A stretch of 64,000 nucleotides of DNA from Eledone cirrhosa (taxonomy: Eukaryota), in contig OZ024744.1 of NCBI GenBank assembly GCA_964016885.1, positions 32,922,001 through 32,986,000 of the forward strand, given 5' to 3'. Shown piece by piece: positions 51,247 to 64,000 of this stretch. The notes beneath the pieces were generated by a model. The model did not search any database, was not told where the DNA came from, and worked only from the letters and a program-made list of their open reading frames with translations. The position numbers and the translations under genes were made by a program. Each line of letters starts with the position of its first letter. The first letter of the stretch is position 1.

Positions 51247-53911
51247 TATAAATAATATATAAGATCAAAAGATGGTTAAAAGAGTTCCATGTATTTTATT
51301 AAGCGCATTTCAAAAACAAATATGATCATGCAATAACATTTGTGTTTTCATCAGATAAAATAGGTAGACATGATATGACGGTTAAAACACACTTGTGAAT
51401 AGTGCAGTTTTAAATCAACATATGAAAAGTAGTTTTAGATTGATGTGTGATACTTTGAAAAAATTGAGGGGGTGGGTGGAGGTGGAAAGGATTAAAAAGA
51501 GGAGGAGATGAGAGTAAAAAGTGGAAGGGGAGGAGTATAATGAGGAAGGATGAGATAGGAGGAGAGATGGGTGATAGAGAGAGAGATAAAGCTTTTATAA
51601 CTGAGAAAAATATATTGTTTTACATAGAGAGGTTGAAAAACCGTTGGAAGATAATATATAAATTAAAAGAATTTGAAAATTAACGAAGAGAAAAATTTTA
51701 GAATAATGTTAAATTAAGGTTTGTATATTTAAGAGTTTAGTAATATGTGCGATGAAAAGAAATTGTTAATATGTATTAAGAATAATATTTAAGGGTTTAA
51801 TAATATGTGCGATGGAAAGAAATTGTTGATATGTATTATTAAAAAATATAAAAATATAGCAATAGTAATGTAATTAAGGATATATTGTGAAAGAAGTAGA
51901 AGAGTGGATAAATAAGTGTAATATGTACAAGTTAGATGAGCATGAAAGGAAGAAAAAAATAATGAATTGAGGATGAATATTCTAACGTCAAAAAATGTTT
52001 ATGTTTACGAAGGATTTTTTCAAGGTGATATAAAGTAAGAATATATTGTGCTGAGTAATAATTGTTTCTACGTTAGGCACAATGATAATTGAGAAGTATC
52101 TAGGAAGAAAAGGTACAGATTAGAGGTTATAAATTAAAAGAAAAAGAGAAAAAGAAAAGAAAAAAGGAAAAAAGAAAGAAAGGGAAGTGATAAATAGGAG
52201 TGATATAGAATGAGTAACTGGTATTATATAATGTATAATAAATAACATTTAAATAAGGTAGAAAGATGGGTATATTTTTAAAGAAATATGTATGTATATA
52301 TATATATGTGCCTTTGAGAAAAGGATTTTAAATCGATAAAGTATTAGATATTAGCTGTATACTTTATGGAATGTTCTATGGAATTTATGCAAGCAGAGAG
52401 AAAACAAGTCAGTGCGTCTATTTATTATAGAATCTAAATCAGATATAATGGTAAATTTTTCACATAAACCGAGATTGCATGTCTTGTCTTGGATAGAGAA
52501 CTATTCAAGTATAAAGAAGCAGAACAAACCTTCTTCCAAGAGATGTTATAGTTAACATTTTTGTCTTTCAAGGACCATATGAGTTCTGAGAGTGCCGTGT
52601 TGGTTCTTTTAAGTTGGTATTTAAAAGACGAATGATGATTATAAAGACGAGCTTTAAAGGAGGTGGAAGTGGAGCCAAAATAGGTAAAGGAATTTCTGCA
52701 ATCTCTGTTTATGTGAAAAATTTACCATTATATCTAATTTAGATTCTATAATAAATAGACGCACTGACTTGTTTTCTCTTTGCTTGCATAAATTCCACAG
52801 AACATTCCATAAAGTATACAGCTAATATCTAATACTTTATCAATTTAAAATCCTTTTCTCAAAGGCACATATATATATATACATATATATTTCTTTAAAA
52901 ATATACCCATCTTTCTACCTTATTTCAATGTTATTTATTATACATTATATAATACCAGTTACTCATTCTATATCACTCCTATTTATCACTTCCCTTTCTT
53001 TCTTTTTTCCTTTTTTCTTTTCTTTTTCTCTTTTTCTTTTAATTTATAACATCTAATCTGTACCTTTTCTTCCTAGATACTTCTCAATTATCATTGTGCC
53101 TAACGTAGAAACAATTATTACTCAGCACAATATATTCTTACTTTATATCACCTTGAAAAAATCCTTCGTAAACATAAACATTTTTTGACGTTAGAATATT
53201 CATCCTCAATTCATTATTTTTTTCTCCCTTTCAGGCTCATCTAACTTATACATATTACACTTATTCATCCACTCTTCTACTTCTTTCACAATATATCCTT
53301 AATTACATTACTATTGCTATATTTTTATATTTTTTAATAATACATATCAACAATTTCTTTCCATCGCACATATTATTAAACCCTTAAATATTATTCTTAA
53401 TACATATTAACAATTTCTTTTCATCGCACATATTATTAAACCCTTAAATATACAAACCTTAATTTAACATTATTTAAAAATGTTTCTCTTCGTTAATTTT
53501 CAAATTCTTTTAATTTATATATTATCTTCCAACGGTTTTTCAACCTCTCTATGTAAAACAATATATTTTTCTCAGTTTAAAAGCTTTATCTCTCTCTCTA
53601 TCACCCATCTCTCCTCCTATCTCATCCTTCCTCATTATACTCCTCCCCCTCCACTTTTTACTTTCATCTCCTCCTCTTTCCCCCCCTCCTCAATCTTTTT
53701 CCCAATATCACAAATCAATCTAAAACTACTTTTCATATGTTGATTTAAAACTGCACTATTCACAAGTGTGTTTTAACCGTCATATCATATCTCCCTATTT
53801 TATCTGACGAAAACGCAAATGTTATTGCATGATGATATTTGTTTTTGAAATGCGCATAATAAAATACATGGAACTCTTTTAACCATCTTTTGTTCTTATA
53901 TATTATTTATA
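51247..53911. mobile_element. truncated Penelope-like element forming a ~1.2-kb-arm inverted repeat
   Basis: Arms 51247-52479 and 52697-53911. The minus strand of the centre reads TYFGSTSTSFKARLYNHHSSFK...TALSELIWSLKDK...ISW...CNL.LCEK..I...INRR.DL...CLH (PLE GIY-YIG C-terminus). Confidence 0.88.
53804..53858 (+). ncRNA. minimal type I hammerhead ribozyme motif
   Basis: CTGACGA-aaacGCAAATGTTATtgcATGATGATATTTGTtttt-GAAA-TGCGCA-TA, palindromic stem III; mirrored copy at 51300-51354 (-). Confidence 0.75.
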
Positions 53912-54469
53912 TATATATATATGAGTGTGTGTGTGTGTGTGCGTGCGTGTGTGTGTGTGTGGGGGGGGGTTAGGTTTATCAGAAATTTCTTCTTCTTCTT
54001 CTTCTTCTTCTTCTTCTTCTTCTTCTTCTCCCACTTATTCCTGAGAGGGTCGTGGGGAAAGAGTCCTCAAACACTCCTTCCAGTGGGTCCTGTCAGAAGC
54101 AACCGTCTCTAACTGATCCGGATGGATCTCCAAACGTGACCATTTGATTATTTATTTATTTATTTATCGGTTTATTTATTTATTTTAGTTAAATCTTTGT
54201 TATATTGGAATCTAGGGTATGCCGGTAACATAATTTTGCTTACAAATTGTGAAATAACTTCTTATACAGAATGTTTTAGTTGCAAAGGGTTTAAAACCCA
54301 TAATGAGTAGTATAAAATTAACAATCCTTAATAATTTGTTGCCAATTTCATGTTCTTATTCTGAAACTGCTGTTGTTTGGTGAATCACTTTTATTGGTAC
54401 CAGGGAAATAAACCTTCAACCACATTCACTTGACATCGTCAAACCTTCCTATTAACCCATTCATATAAT

Positions 54470-54649
54470 CGTTTCTACTTTTGGCACAAGGCCTGCAATT
54501 ACCCAGTACATTACTGGTACTTTATTTTATCGACCCCGTAAGGATGAAAGGCAAAGTTAACCTCGGCGGGATTTGAACTGAGACCGTAAAGGGCCGCAAT
54601 TCTATGCTGCAAAGCATGGCGTCCAAACCTCTACCGATACCGCCAATCC
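54470..54649 (-). mobile_element. tRNA-derived SINE with 16-bp TSD
   Basis: Same family as 34702-34882. TSD AACCCATTCATRTAAT at 54454-54469 and 54650-54665. Confidence 0.85.
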
Positions 54650-54749
54650 AACCCATTCATGTAATTGTTGTAGGTAGGTAGAATGGTGCTTGCTATACAA
54701 CGAGTATAATAAATTATGTTAGTTGCATTATTTATGGACGTAGGAAGGG

Positions 54750-54965
54750 CAATGGATCGGTAGTATTCGGCAGAGTGTCCGACAACATGCTTTGTGGCTT
54801 ATAATTACGTATCTTTACATTTTGAGTTCAAATCTCGCCGGGGTTTCCTTTGTCTCATCCTTACAAAGTCGACCAAATAATATACCAGTGACGCACTGGG
54901 TTCGATTTAATCGACTTTCTCGTCCCCATAAAAAATTGTTGGCCTTATACTTAAATCAGAAACCT
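54750..54965 (+). mobile_element. older diverged copy of the same SINE superfamily
   Basis: B-box GAGTTCAAATCTCGCC and TTTGTCTCATCC...GTCGACC.AATAATATACCAGT body similar to 34702-34882. Confidence 0.6.
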
Positions 54966-55319
54966 TTATTTATCGACGAAACTATGGCTGAGTGGTTAAG
55001 AATTTCGCTCACAATAATGATGTAACGCATCCGCACTCACTCGGGTGAATCTTAGACAAGTGTCTCGTTAGCAAAAATCTTATGAGTGAAATTGGAGAGA
55101 TAGAAATCTTATAGGAGCTCCAGCTCGCAGCATGCCTTGCACATATGATTCAAAGGTCCATCTTTGTCACATATTGAGTCACGGCGCGTGAGTTAAGGGT
55201 GCGGGTTGGATATTCATGATGATCAAGCAGCTAAATGCTCAATGACGAAACTGTTCCATGATTGGAAGCTGTTTTCAAAAAGCATTAAACTTAATCCTGG
55301 AATACGCTAATGTAAAGGC

Positions 55320-55780
55320 TAAAGGTTAAAGAACCCCTTAGGTCACGAATGACCATTGGATTTGTGCATGGAGCATTTTCCTTCCCTAGCATAAGTTCCA
55401 ACTAGGTGTTATTATAGAAGAGCAGCAGTCGCCATACATACCAGTCTCCCCTCTCCATGTCACCGATGTTATCCAAGGAAAGGTAAAGGCCGATACAGTT
55501 TGGCACCAGTGACATCACAACATATATATATTAAATATAGACTATATATGCACTCTATACAGTATATATACACTATATACACACACACTATGTTATATTG
55601 GCCAAGGAAAATCAAAGATTGATACAGCTTAGGACCAAAGATGTCACAACACATTTCTGCATCTGAGTAAACAAGAGCAACGCGAAATAAAGTGTCTTGC
55701 TGAAGGACACAACATATAGCCCTTCCTGGGAAACAACAATGTAACCTCATGATTGCAAGCCCAACGCTTGCCATGCACCT
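55320..55780 (-). mobile_element. decayed tRNA-SINE-like repeat(s)
   Basis: Contains AAAGTGTCTTGCTGAAGGACACAAC and an internally duplicated CCAAGGAAA...GATACAG...ACCA.. GTCACAACA segment. Confidence 0.4.
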
Positions 55781-56169
55781 TTACTCTAATGTATGGGAGC
55801 AATATATGATAAAGTTGCTAGATTATAAACATTTTGATAGCAAAAGCCAAAGCATTTAATTTTAACAATCTCATTACGAGTTCATTGCTTGCAGTCTATC
55901 TTTCTACCCGGAAGAAATTTTGAATTAATGAAAAAATAAGCGGCAGCAGTGCCCTTAGCATAGTGGTAACTCAGCCGCCAGGCTAGGGATTGTTTGAATC
56001 CTGCAGCCGATACTGTTTCATGATTTTGCGACTCAAGTGAGTATATCTTCGATTTAACTCAAATATAATATAGTCTATATGCATTGTGGTAGATTTTGAG
56101 ATTAGTAAAACGTACCCCGAAATACACACACACACACACACGCGCACACACACACACACACACACACAT

Positions 56170-56200
<31 letters not shown>

Positions 56201-56203
<3 letters not shown>

Positions 56204-56999
56204 TAGCAGCAGTACCCAGCGATGCCTGGTTAGGTAAAGTAATATCTGCTTTGATGAAAAGGTATTGATCTTAGCGACTGATTCTCGATGACTCATCTAT
56301 GGAACACACAGGCCATGTGTGGGAGGATGGTGATGACCCTTATCACTGAGAAACGGGGGTTATTGACGAAGTGGCATGCTGGAGGAGGGAGTTTCGAATT
56401 TGAACGAAATCGGTTGAAAAATGTGGGAGCTAGAGCCGAAAAGGCGGAAATTTGAGCGAAAAGGTGGTTTTCAAATATTTAAGCGGCTGCCACGCCGCTC
56501 CTGAACAAAAAATCCAAAATGTAAAGTCACTTTCAGACGTGAAATAATCAGATCTAGCATAGTGTAAAATGTCAACCAAGTAGGTTGATTAATGTGGGAG
56601 CTAGAGCCGAAAAAGTGGAAATTTGAGTCTAAGAGTGGTATTTTTTAATATCTAAGCGGCTGGCACGTTGTCCCTGAACAACAAATGCAAAATATAAAGA
56701 CATTACAGGATATACAATGATAAATTCTATTTTGCTTTAAAATTTGAACGAAATCGGTAGCAAAATGTGGGAGCTAGAGCCAAAAATCTTTTTTTTCGAT
56801 ACCCCCAAAAAGGTGACCCCCTATCGATTTTTATCTGAAGAATGACCCCGGAATAAAAAAAAAACGATACGCTGATATATAGAAAACACTCCGCGATGAC
56901 TAATCTATGAGCCCGTAAAGTTTCATGAAAATCCGTCTGAAGATGTAGGCCCCTATAGGTAATACACATACACACAGACACACACATACTTAATTTTAT

Positions 57000-57000
<1 letters not shown>
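56201..57000 (+). mobile_element. non-autonomous Helentron (HINE)-like element with ~172-bp internal tandem repeats
   Basis: Starts TACTAGCAGCAGTACCCAGCGATGCCTGG; ATGTGGGAGCTAGAGCC recurs at 56421, 56592 and 56765; ends GTAAAGTTTCATGAAAATCC...(CA)n...TTTTATA. Confidence 0.6.
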
Positions 57001-57059
<59 letters not shown>

Positions 57060-57061
<2 letters not shown>

Positions 57062-57320
57062 GTTGTTATACTTGGGGAGGGTCATATTTGTGTAATAATA
57101 TTGCCAGAATTAATAACAGAACACACTCACTGTTTGGTTGGTTTTCACTTCTGTGTCTTTTATATCGGTTAATTTAATTTATTCGGTCCTCAATGTTACC
57201 ATTGACTGACCAACGGTCAAAAATACAGATACAATATAGACAAAGACATATTTATAGTCTATCAAATTCTTTCGTTGAACACCTGCAACATCGTCAGTGT
57301 TGTTATTATGTTTCCTCCCG
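57060..57320 (-). mobile_element. Penelope pLTR remnant with hammerhead core
   Basis: Minus strand CTGACGA-t-GTTG-caggtgtt-CAAC-GAAA at 57270-57297; homologous to 37370-37625. Confidence 0.6.
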
Positions 57321-57627
57321 TTGCATTGTATGCTTACGCCATCTTTATTTAGTCTATTTATTTATTTATTTATTTCTTTATTTCTTTGTCTTCTCTGCGC
57401 ATGCGTTTGCGTGTGTGCATAGTGTTTTGTTTGATGTGTGTTCTTGTTTGGGTGACTGTGTATTGGTTAATGTATTCTATCTTAGTTTACTAGTGTGTAT
57501 TTATATGTGTTTGTTGTTATTGTGCTTGTGTATGTATTTATTTATTTATTTATCTATTTATTTATTTTTTATACTTCTCGTAGGTATCAAAAATTCTCTT
57601 AGGTATTTCATATCAAAAACCTCGCAA

Positions 57628-57675
<48 letters not shown>

Positions 57676-58179
57676 AGAGATAGAGACTTGATAGTCTTAT
57701 GACCCTAACTGAGGACGATAGCCGTCGGCATGTTTTGGCTGCTTAATCTTCATATGGGAGACAAAACAATAGTGAGTGAACATCGTTAAATTTTCTCCCT
57801 CATATCAAGGATTTGAAGACAATTCATTTTCACCTGTGAAATCGATCATCTCTTATTGAAACATGTGTCGTGATTAAAATGATTGGAAATGTATACCATG
57901 TATACTTTATTTTGATACACATACTCCGTTTTACATCATCTAGCTGTTCCCATAAATGGAATTGGAGATATACAAAGCGTGGAGAACTTAATATTGCTAA
58001 CAAAAGTTTATTGGACCGTATGACACAACCAATAGTACACCTTACTATATATGCCGTCGAGGTCAAACTTTTCCCTATATATACATACATAGACATATAT
58101 ACATACATAGACACATATATATATACATACATACATTTATACGTACATACACACACACACACGCATATATATATATATT

Positions 58180-58235
<56 letters not shown>

Positions 58236-58830
58236 CATACAGATACATACATACATACATACATACATACATACATACATACATACATACATACACACAT
58301 ATACATACTTACGCACACATAGTGACAGACAAAAATACACAAATGCATACATACGAATGCACACGTCAACATACACTCATACACGTGCACTAATACACAT
58401 GCTGAGGCATTAATTTACGCACACCACACACACATGAGTGTGAATAGAAAGCTGACAGTGTATGTACTACGGCGGTGTAAATTTATATCATTGATATTTT
58501 TGATATTTTTCAACGGATCAGCAAAACATCTTACAAAGGTATAGCAGGGCGCACTTCTGTTTGGCTTTACTTGTTTTCTATTTAGTATATAATTAAATGC
58601 TTACACACACACACATACACACACGCACACTCAAACACACACTCAAACACATATATGTATATATACCTATGTGTATATATATATATAGATATATATATAG
58701 GCATACATATATATATATACATCATATATATATTCCTACATACATACTGGCATACATACAAGCATACATACATATATGCCTACCTACATACATACATACA
58801 TAATACATACAAAAATACCTACATAAATAC

Positions 58831-59384
58831 ATGGTGGCTGCCAACTCGTTTTCGAGTACGGCCACTACTTTATATCCATGTAGGAGAACCCCTACCGATG
58901 CGCTGAACAAGTGTGACTTTTTAGTCCAGCCAGCGACTTGAAAACTCTGGTACAAACACTACACTTGTGACAATTATTGACACATAGTGCTGGGTCCATG
59001 GTACCATGTGACGACAAGTGCAGAGAGATCTCCAGATATAAAGCAATGCCTGTGCCGTGAAGCTTTTATAGTGAGCAAAGGCACTGCACAAAGCCAGTCC
59101 CACTCTCTTAACCAAGATGATATTTACCAAAAAGAAGAACAAGTCAACATCATTGGATACCATCAGGGTTGCAGGTGTTATATCAGAGTTTTCCCTCTCC
59201 TAGAATTCTGCATTGACAAAGGCTAAGGGGTCATCTCTCCCGGTGATTTTGGATGGCCATTGACTCTTAAGAGCTCCTTTGCCCTTTGACAGGTTTTGTT
59301 TTTAGTCCTGCAGGATGTCCCATGGTCGGGTCGTTGGCGACTAAACTGGCAACCCTACCAAGGTTTCTTGGTGAGGAGGGTGAC
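58831..59384 (-). mobile_element. non-autonomous RTE-derived element, copy D (5' inverted and truncated)
   Basis: Matches copy A; 59321-59384 is inverted relative to the consensus. Confidence 0.85.
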
Positions 59385-59649
59385 ATACATATATAGATAT
59401 ATATATACACACATATACAAAATATAAAACAATCAAATTTCTGCCCAATAAATTAAATACAAATGTATTAAACATAAATTTGATTGTTCCATATCTTCTA
59501 TCTCTGCTCTGTAATAAATCTGATAATTTACACTGAGCTTTTTCTCTTTGGGTAACACAATATATTACCCTTCCGTATTTATAATTGTATATAACTCATA
59601 TATAAGTACATATACTATTATTACTATATATATATATATATATATATAT

Positions 59650-59835
59650 ATGGTGGCTGCCAACTCGTTTTCGAGTACGGCCACTACTTTATATCCATGT
59701 AGGAGAACTCCTACCGATGCGCTGAACGAGTGTGACTTTTTAGTCCAGCCAGTGACTTGAAAACTCTGGTACAAACACTACACTTGTGACAATTATTGAC
59801 ACATAGTGCTGGGCCCATAGTACCATGTGACGACA
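59650..59835 (-). mobile_element. non-autonomous RTE-derived element, copy E (5'-truncated)
   Basis: Only the 3'-terminal ~185 nt, abutting (TACA)n. Confidence 0.85.
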
Positions 59836-60339
59836 TACATACATACATACATACATACATACATACATACATACATACATACATACATACATACATACAT
59901 ACATACATACATACATACATACGTACGTACACACACATATATATATATACATGCATAATTACATGCATACATATATGTATGTATTTATTTATGTATGCTT
60001 TGTGTGTGTGTATGTGTGTGTAAGCAAACGCATACTCATATCGTTAATGGCTATTCTTCGTTCCGAGTATTTTCATTCTTTTTCTTTCTCGTCTATTGTA
60101 CTTCTCTTTCTGAAACACAGGTCCGCACTGGTTGTACTTAATAGTCGCAGCTGGACAGGGGATAGGGGACAGGAGACTGGGTTAGTAACGACATATATTT
60201 TGTCTTTGTCGTTTGTGTTCTCTTCATTTCTTTGACGTTCTTGTTGTAGAAACAATGTCGCTGCAGTCAAAATGATTTCGACGGCAGAGTTTGTGATTTG
60301 AAAATGCAGCTGATCGAAGACCTCAAAGATGTGTTTCAC

Positions 60340-60630
60340 ATGAAACGCATGCGCTGTTACGGCCATGTCGAGTGCAGCGAAGGCAGGATCAACAAATTGA
60401 TGAATGTCGAACCAGGAGGCAGTAGAGGCTCAGGTGACTAAAAAGGATTTGGTTGGAGGATGCCCGTCAAGGTGAAGTTAGGCTTGGCCTGGCCCAATTG
60501 ACACCGGCGAACATAAGCACATATAGCGGGACGTTAAGGAGTACTGTCAGACAGGACCCACCCCTACTTAGGGATTAATTGAGTTCTGCATAATCAAAAA
60601 CTGGATGATAATGAGGATGAAGATGATGAT
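60340..60630 (+). mobile_element. decayed RTE 3' end
   Basis: KRMRCYGHVEC... (degenerate RLRWYGHV) followed by a (GAT)n-like tail. Confidence 0.5.
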
Positions 60631-61040
60631 GTTTTTTCTTCCTATCTTTACAGCTTCAACGTTGGTCATCATCATTGTCTATTTCTGGAGATCTTTGTAA
60701 GGTTAGTGACGAGTTCAGTGTAAAGGAATTGGCGTGGAAGCATTGTGCTACTCATACAATGTACATAGCTTGCGTGCAGGGTGCAGGGTGTAGTTTAGTG
60801 ATAGCGTATTTGGCTCACTATCATAAGATCGCCAGTTCGATTCCCTGTGACGCATTTTGTCCTGGAACAAAATTCCAGTGGTCAACCTTGTCACATAGTT
60901 TGTCCGTTTGAATCTCCCTGAGAGCTACTTGAAACGGGTACATTTTTGTGAAATACACAACCGGTTACACGTTAATTCCATTAGCAGGCTGCTGCGTTGT
61001 TTGAAAAACTGAAACACTTATCGTCGAAACCGACGGAGGT

Positions 61041-61700
61041 TCAAATCAAAACACGGCCTGTCCATTGAAGGTAATGTTTGGCGATGGTGACATCAATGTT
61101 GTTATATTTTTTTGTTTCATTTTTCACAGTTTTCTCATTAATTGCAAAGATGGTGACACATTCTTTCCACTTACTCTTCATGTTTGATCGGAGTTTTTGT
61201 TCTTGAAAACAGCCAAGGTTGTTGATGTCTTGAATATACATGGTCCATGCTTCATATCCGTCGTGTAAGGTTGAAAAGAAAACACACAAAACTTCCTACA
61301 CCTTGAATTGAAGTTGTTTCTGAAATGCAACATTGCCAGCTAGAATCCTATCTTTCACATCCTTCTTGGCGTTGCATTGTATCGAAAGAATACTCCTAAG
61401 GTAGGGAAAAGAATCAGCTTGTTACAGAGGGGTGTAGGAGATACTGATGTAACTCGATGAGCTGTTATGTGATGACTTTGGTTTTCTGGATGTTGATATT
61501 CAGACCAAAGGAAGCAAATATTTTCTTCACGTTTTGAACTGATTGTTGCATCTTCTCAGGTATGTGAGCTATGTGAACTATGTGAGGTATGTGAGGTACT
61601 TCCATCTGCATATTCTTCTATAATTCGAGTGAAATTGGTCAGTCAGGAGAGGTTGAAGAACTCTTCATTGACATGGTACCTGGATTGTATAATCTCCATT
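61041..61700 (-). mobile_element. decayed LINE reverse transcriptase fragment
   Basis: Minus strand: EYAD, FGLNINIQKTKVI, DSFPYL.S, GYEAWT, LQWTGRV; degenerate RTE-type RT motifs. Confidence 0.65.
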
Positions 61701-62167
61701 CCTGGAATCGTTTGTGTGCTGATTGTTCGAGGAGCATACAGCCAGACACATGGAGATGATTGCTGGAGCAAGTATACAACTTTTCTCCTGTCTACTGAAT
61801 CTCAGTTATTCTGAAGAGCTTCCCAAGCAAGTTATCGCTACTTGGAGGAGTGTTACAAACCAGGACAAATCGCTTCAGAACTACTCAGCAGATTTCAACA
61901 AAATGTCAAGGGCAGTTTCGAGAACAAAGAACACTGGAAAAGGAGGGTTTTGTTTTTTCCATTTTTCTGTTGCTATCTTGCACACAATATATGTATATGT
62001 GTGTGTGTTTATTTGTATATATATGTATATATATGTATATATATATATATATATATAGTGAAAGAGTGAAGAATAACATGGTCGGCTGTACAAAAAGCGT
62101 TTTATTTATAGTATATATATATATATATATACTATAAATAAAACGCACAGACACTCCGACCTACAAC

Positions 62168-62198
<31 letters not shown>

Positions 62199-62566
62199 CT
62201 CTTCCTGAACATGCAACCCCGTTCTTCCCCCAACCCTTACTTTCCCATACACACACACACACACACGTACACCTATACACACACACCACCTTCAGCCCTC
62301 CCCGCTCGGACACCCCGTCTCCCTCTCCCCACTCCACCCGCCACCACCCCTACACACCCACACCCTTCCACCACCTGTTTTACCCCTTTTTATTTCAGTT
62401 TATTTTGATCATGCTTTTATATTTAATTTTATTTCATTCCTTGTATTTTGATCATGCTTTATTTTTATTTTTATTTTTTATTTCATTCGCACCGTTTCCT
62501 TTTGCTATATGTCTCTCCACCACTCCCCTACACACCCTTTGAACTCTGTTCCCACACACTTCTCAC

Positions 62567-62627
62567 CTGAGGAAGGGCTTATGCCCGAAACGTCGTTCCC
62601 CACCACCACCCCACTCTCCAGAGCGTG
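62567..62627 (+). ncRNA. type I hammerhead motif (pLTR remnant)
   Basis: CTGAGGA-a-GGGC-ttat-GCCC-GAAA-CGTC...GAGCGTG; same layout as 35348-35404. Confidence 0.65.
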
Positions 62628-62684
62628 AAATTAATAAACATTCGTTGTACTGCCTCTCTGTTTTGTTCCTGTTCAAATTTTTCC

Positions 62685-62728
<44 letters not shown>

Positions 62729-62783
62729 CTATAAATATATATATTGTTATACTTTGGGAGGGTCATGATGCCAATAAGAAACG

Positions 62784-62850
<67 letters not shown>

Positions 62851-62853
<3 letters not shown>

Positions 62854-64000
62854 TCGACCGTTATATCGCGTGACTATCTCCCCCTCCGCCTTTTGGGATT
62901 CTTTCTCACGTCGTGTAGATGCGTTCTTGAGACTAGTAAAATGAGGTATCCTCTTGATAAGTTGGCAGACCTCGCAAGGACTCTATATCTTTGATATATT
63001 GTTTTTGTTTATGCCACGAAACTACGTAGTCGAGGAATTTAGGAACAGTTTAGGTATGATACATTTTATTACTAATTATATCTGAATGTTTCTTCTCTCT
63101 TCATAATGTATTTTTAACTCTGATACTGGTTCAGTCTGGTTCAAACTGAATTGGTCTGTCCCAGTCATTCATTGAGCAACATCGGTGAAGTTGGCACCCT
63201 TAACTCACAGTTGGGTGCGGATGCATTCATGTATATATGTGTGTGTCCGCATGTATCTGTGTGTTTTTAAATATATTAACTCCCTCTGGTCGAGCAATCT
63301 TTGAAGTGTGGGGACAACTGGAAAGCTTCCATTACTCATACTTCTCGCCTTCTTCACTACCTCTTCTACGGCCTCGATATGAATACCCCCTCCGCCTCCG
63401 TGGTATTTTCTTCGTGGTTATAAGAGGCTTAGCTCTGTTTCTCGACCGTTATATCGCGTGACTATCTCCCCCTCCGCCTTTTGGGATTCTTTCTCACGTC
63501 GTGTAGACGCGTTCTTGAGACTAGTAAAATGAGGTATCCTCTTGATAAGTTGGCAGACCTCGCAAGGACTCTATATCTTTGATATATTGTTTTTGTTTAT
63601 GCCACGAAACTACGTAGTCGAGGAATTTAGGAACAGTTTAGGTATGATACATTTTATTACTAATTATATCTGAATGTTTCTTCTCTCTTCATAATGTATT
63701 TTTAACTCTGATACTGGTTCAGTCTGGTTCAAACTGAATTGGTCTGTCCCAGTCATTCATTGAGCAACATCGGTGAAGTTGGCACCCTTAACTCACAGTT
63801 GGGTGCGGATGCATTCATGTATATATGTGTGTGTCCGCATGTATCTGTGTGTTTTTAAATATATTAACTCCCTCTGGTCGAGCAATCTTTGAAGTGTGGG
63901 GACAACTGGAAAGCTTCCATTACTCATACTTCTCGCCTTCTTCACTACCTCTTCTACGGCCTCGATATGAATACCCCCTCCGCCTCCGTGGTATTTTCTT
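62851..64000. repeat. 588-bp tandem repeat, ~2 near-identical copies, open at the right edge
   Basis: CTCGACCGTTATATCGCG starts at 62853 and at 63441; only one difference noticed by eye (TAGAT/TAGAC). Confidence 0.95.

Noticed and set aside
57709-57735. Additional hammerhead (CTGAGGA-CGA...TCG)
   Set aside because: No GAAA follows stem II.
59711-59830. Host C2H2 zinc-finger exon
   Set aside because: The finger is part of the five-copy mobile element and lies next to its shared 3' end.

Overview
Repeat-dominated animal (eukaryotic) DNA with no recognisable host gene. The tRNA-SINE, RTE/Penelope content and dense (TA)n/(CA)n/(TACA)n microsatellites look cephalopod (octopus)-like, which is an inference. 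Bases 1-26338 are a 48-bp satellite (~550 units, with kb-scale higher-order duplications) that runs straight into the 3' end of an RTE LINE relic. The remaining ~37 kb is a transposon graveyard: R4/Dong, CRE-like, RTE, Helitron/Helentron and hAT pieces, SINEs with TSDs, a ~600-bp RTE-derived element in five copies, many minimal hammerhead-ribozyme motifs in Penelope-type inverted repeats, and a 588-bp tandem repeat at the right edge. The main find is an apparently complete Penelope-like retroelement (37729-43952). Its RT+GIY-YIG ORF has no ATG ahead of its conserved N-terminus and is overlapped in the -1 frame by a 404-aa coiled-coil ORF1, with an in-frame U-UUU-UUA slippery heptamer in the overlap, suggesting gag-pol-like frameshift expression.
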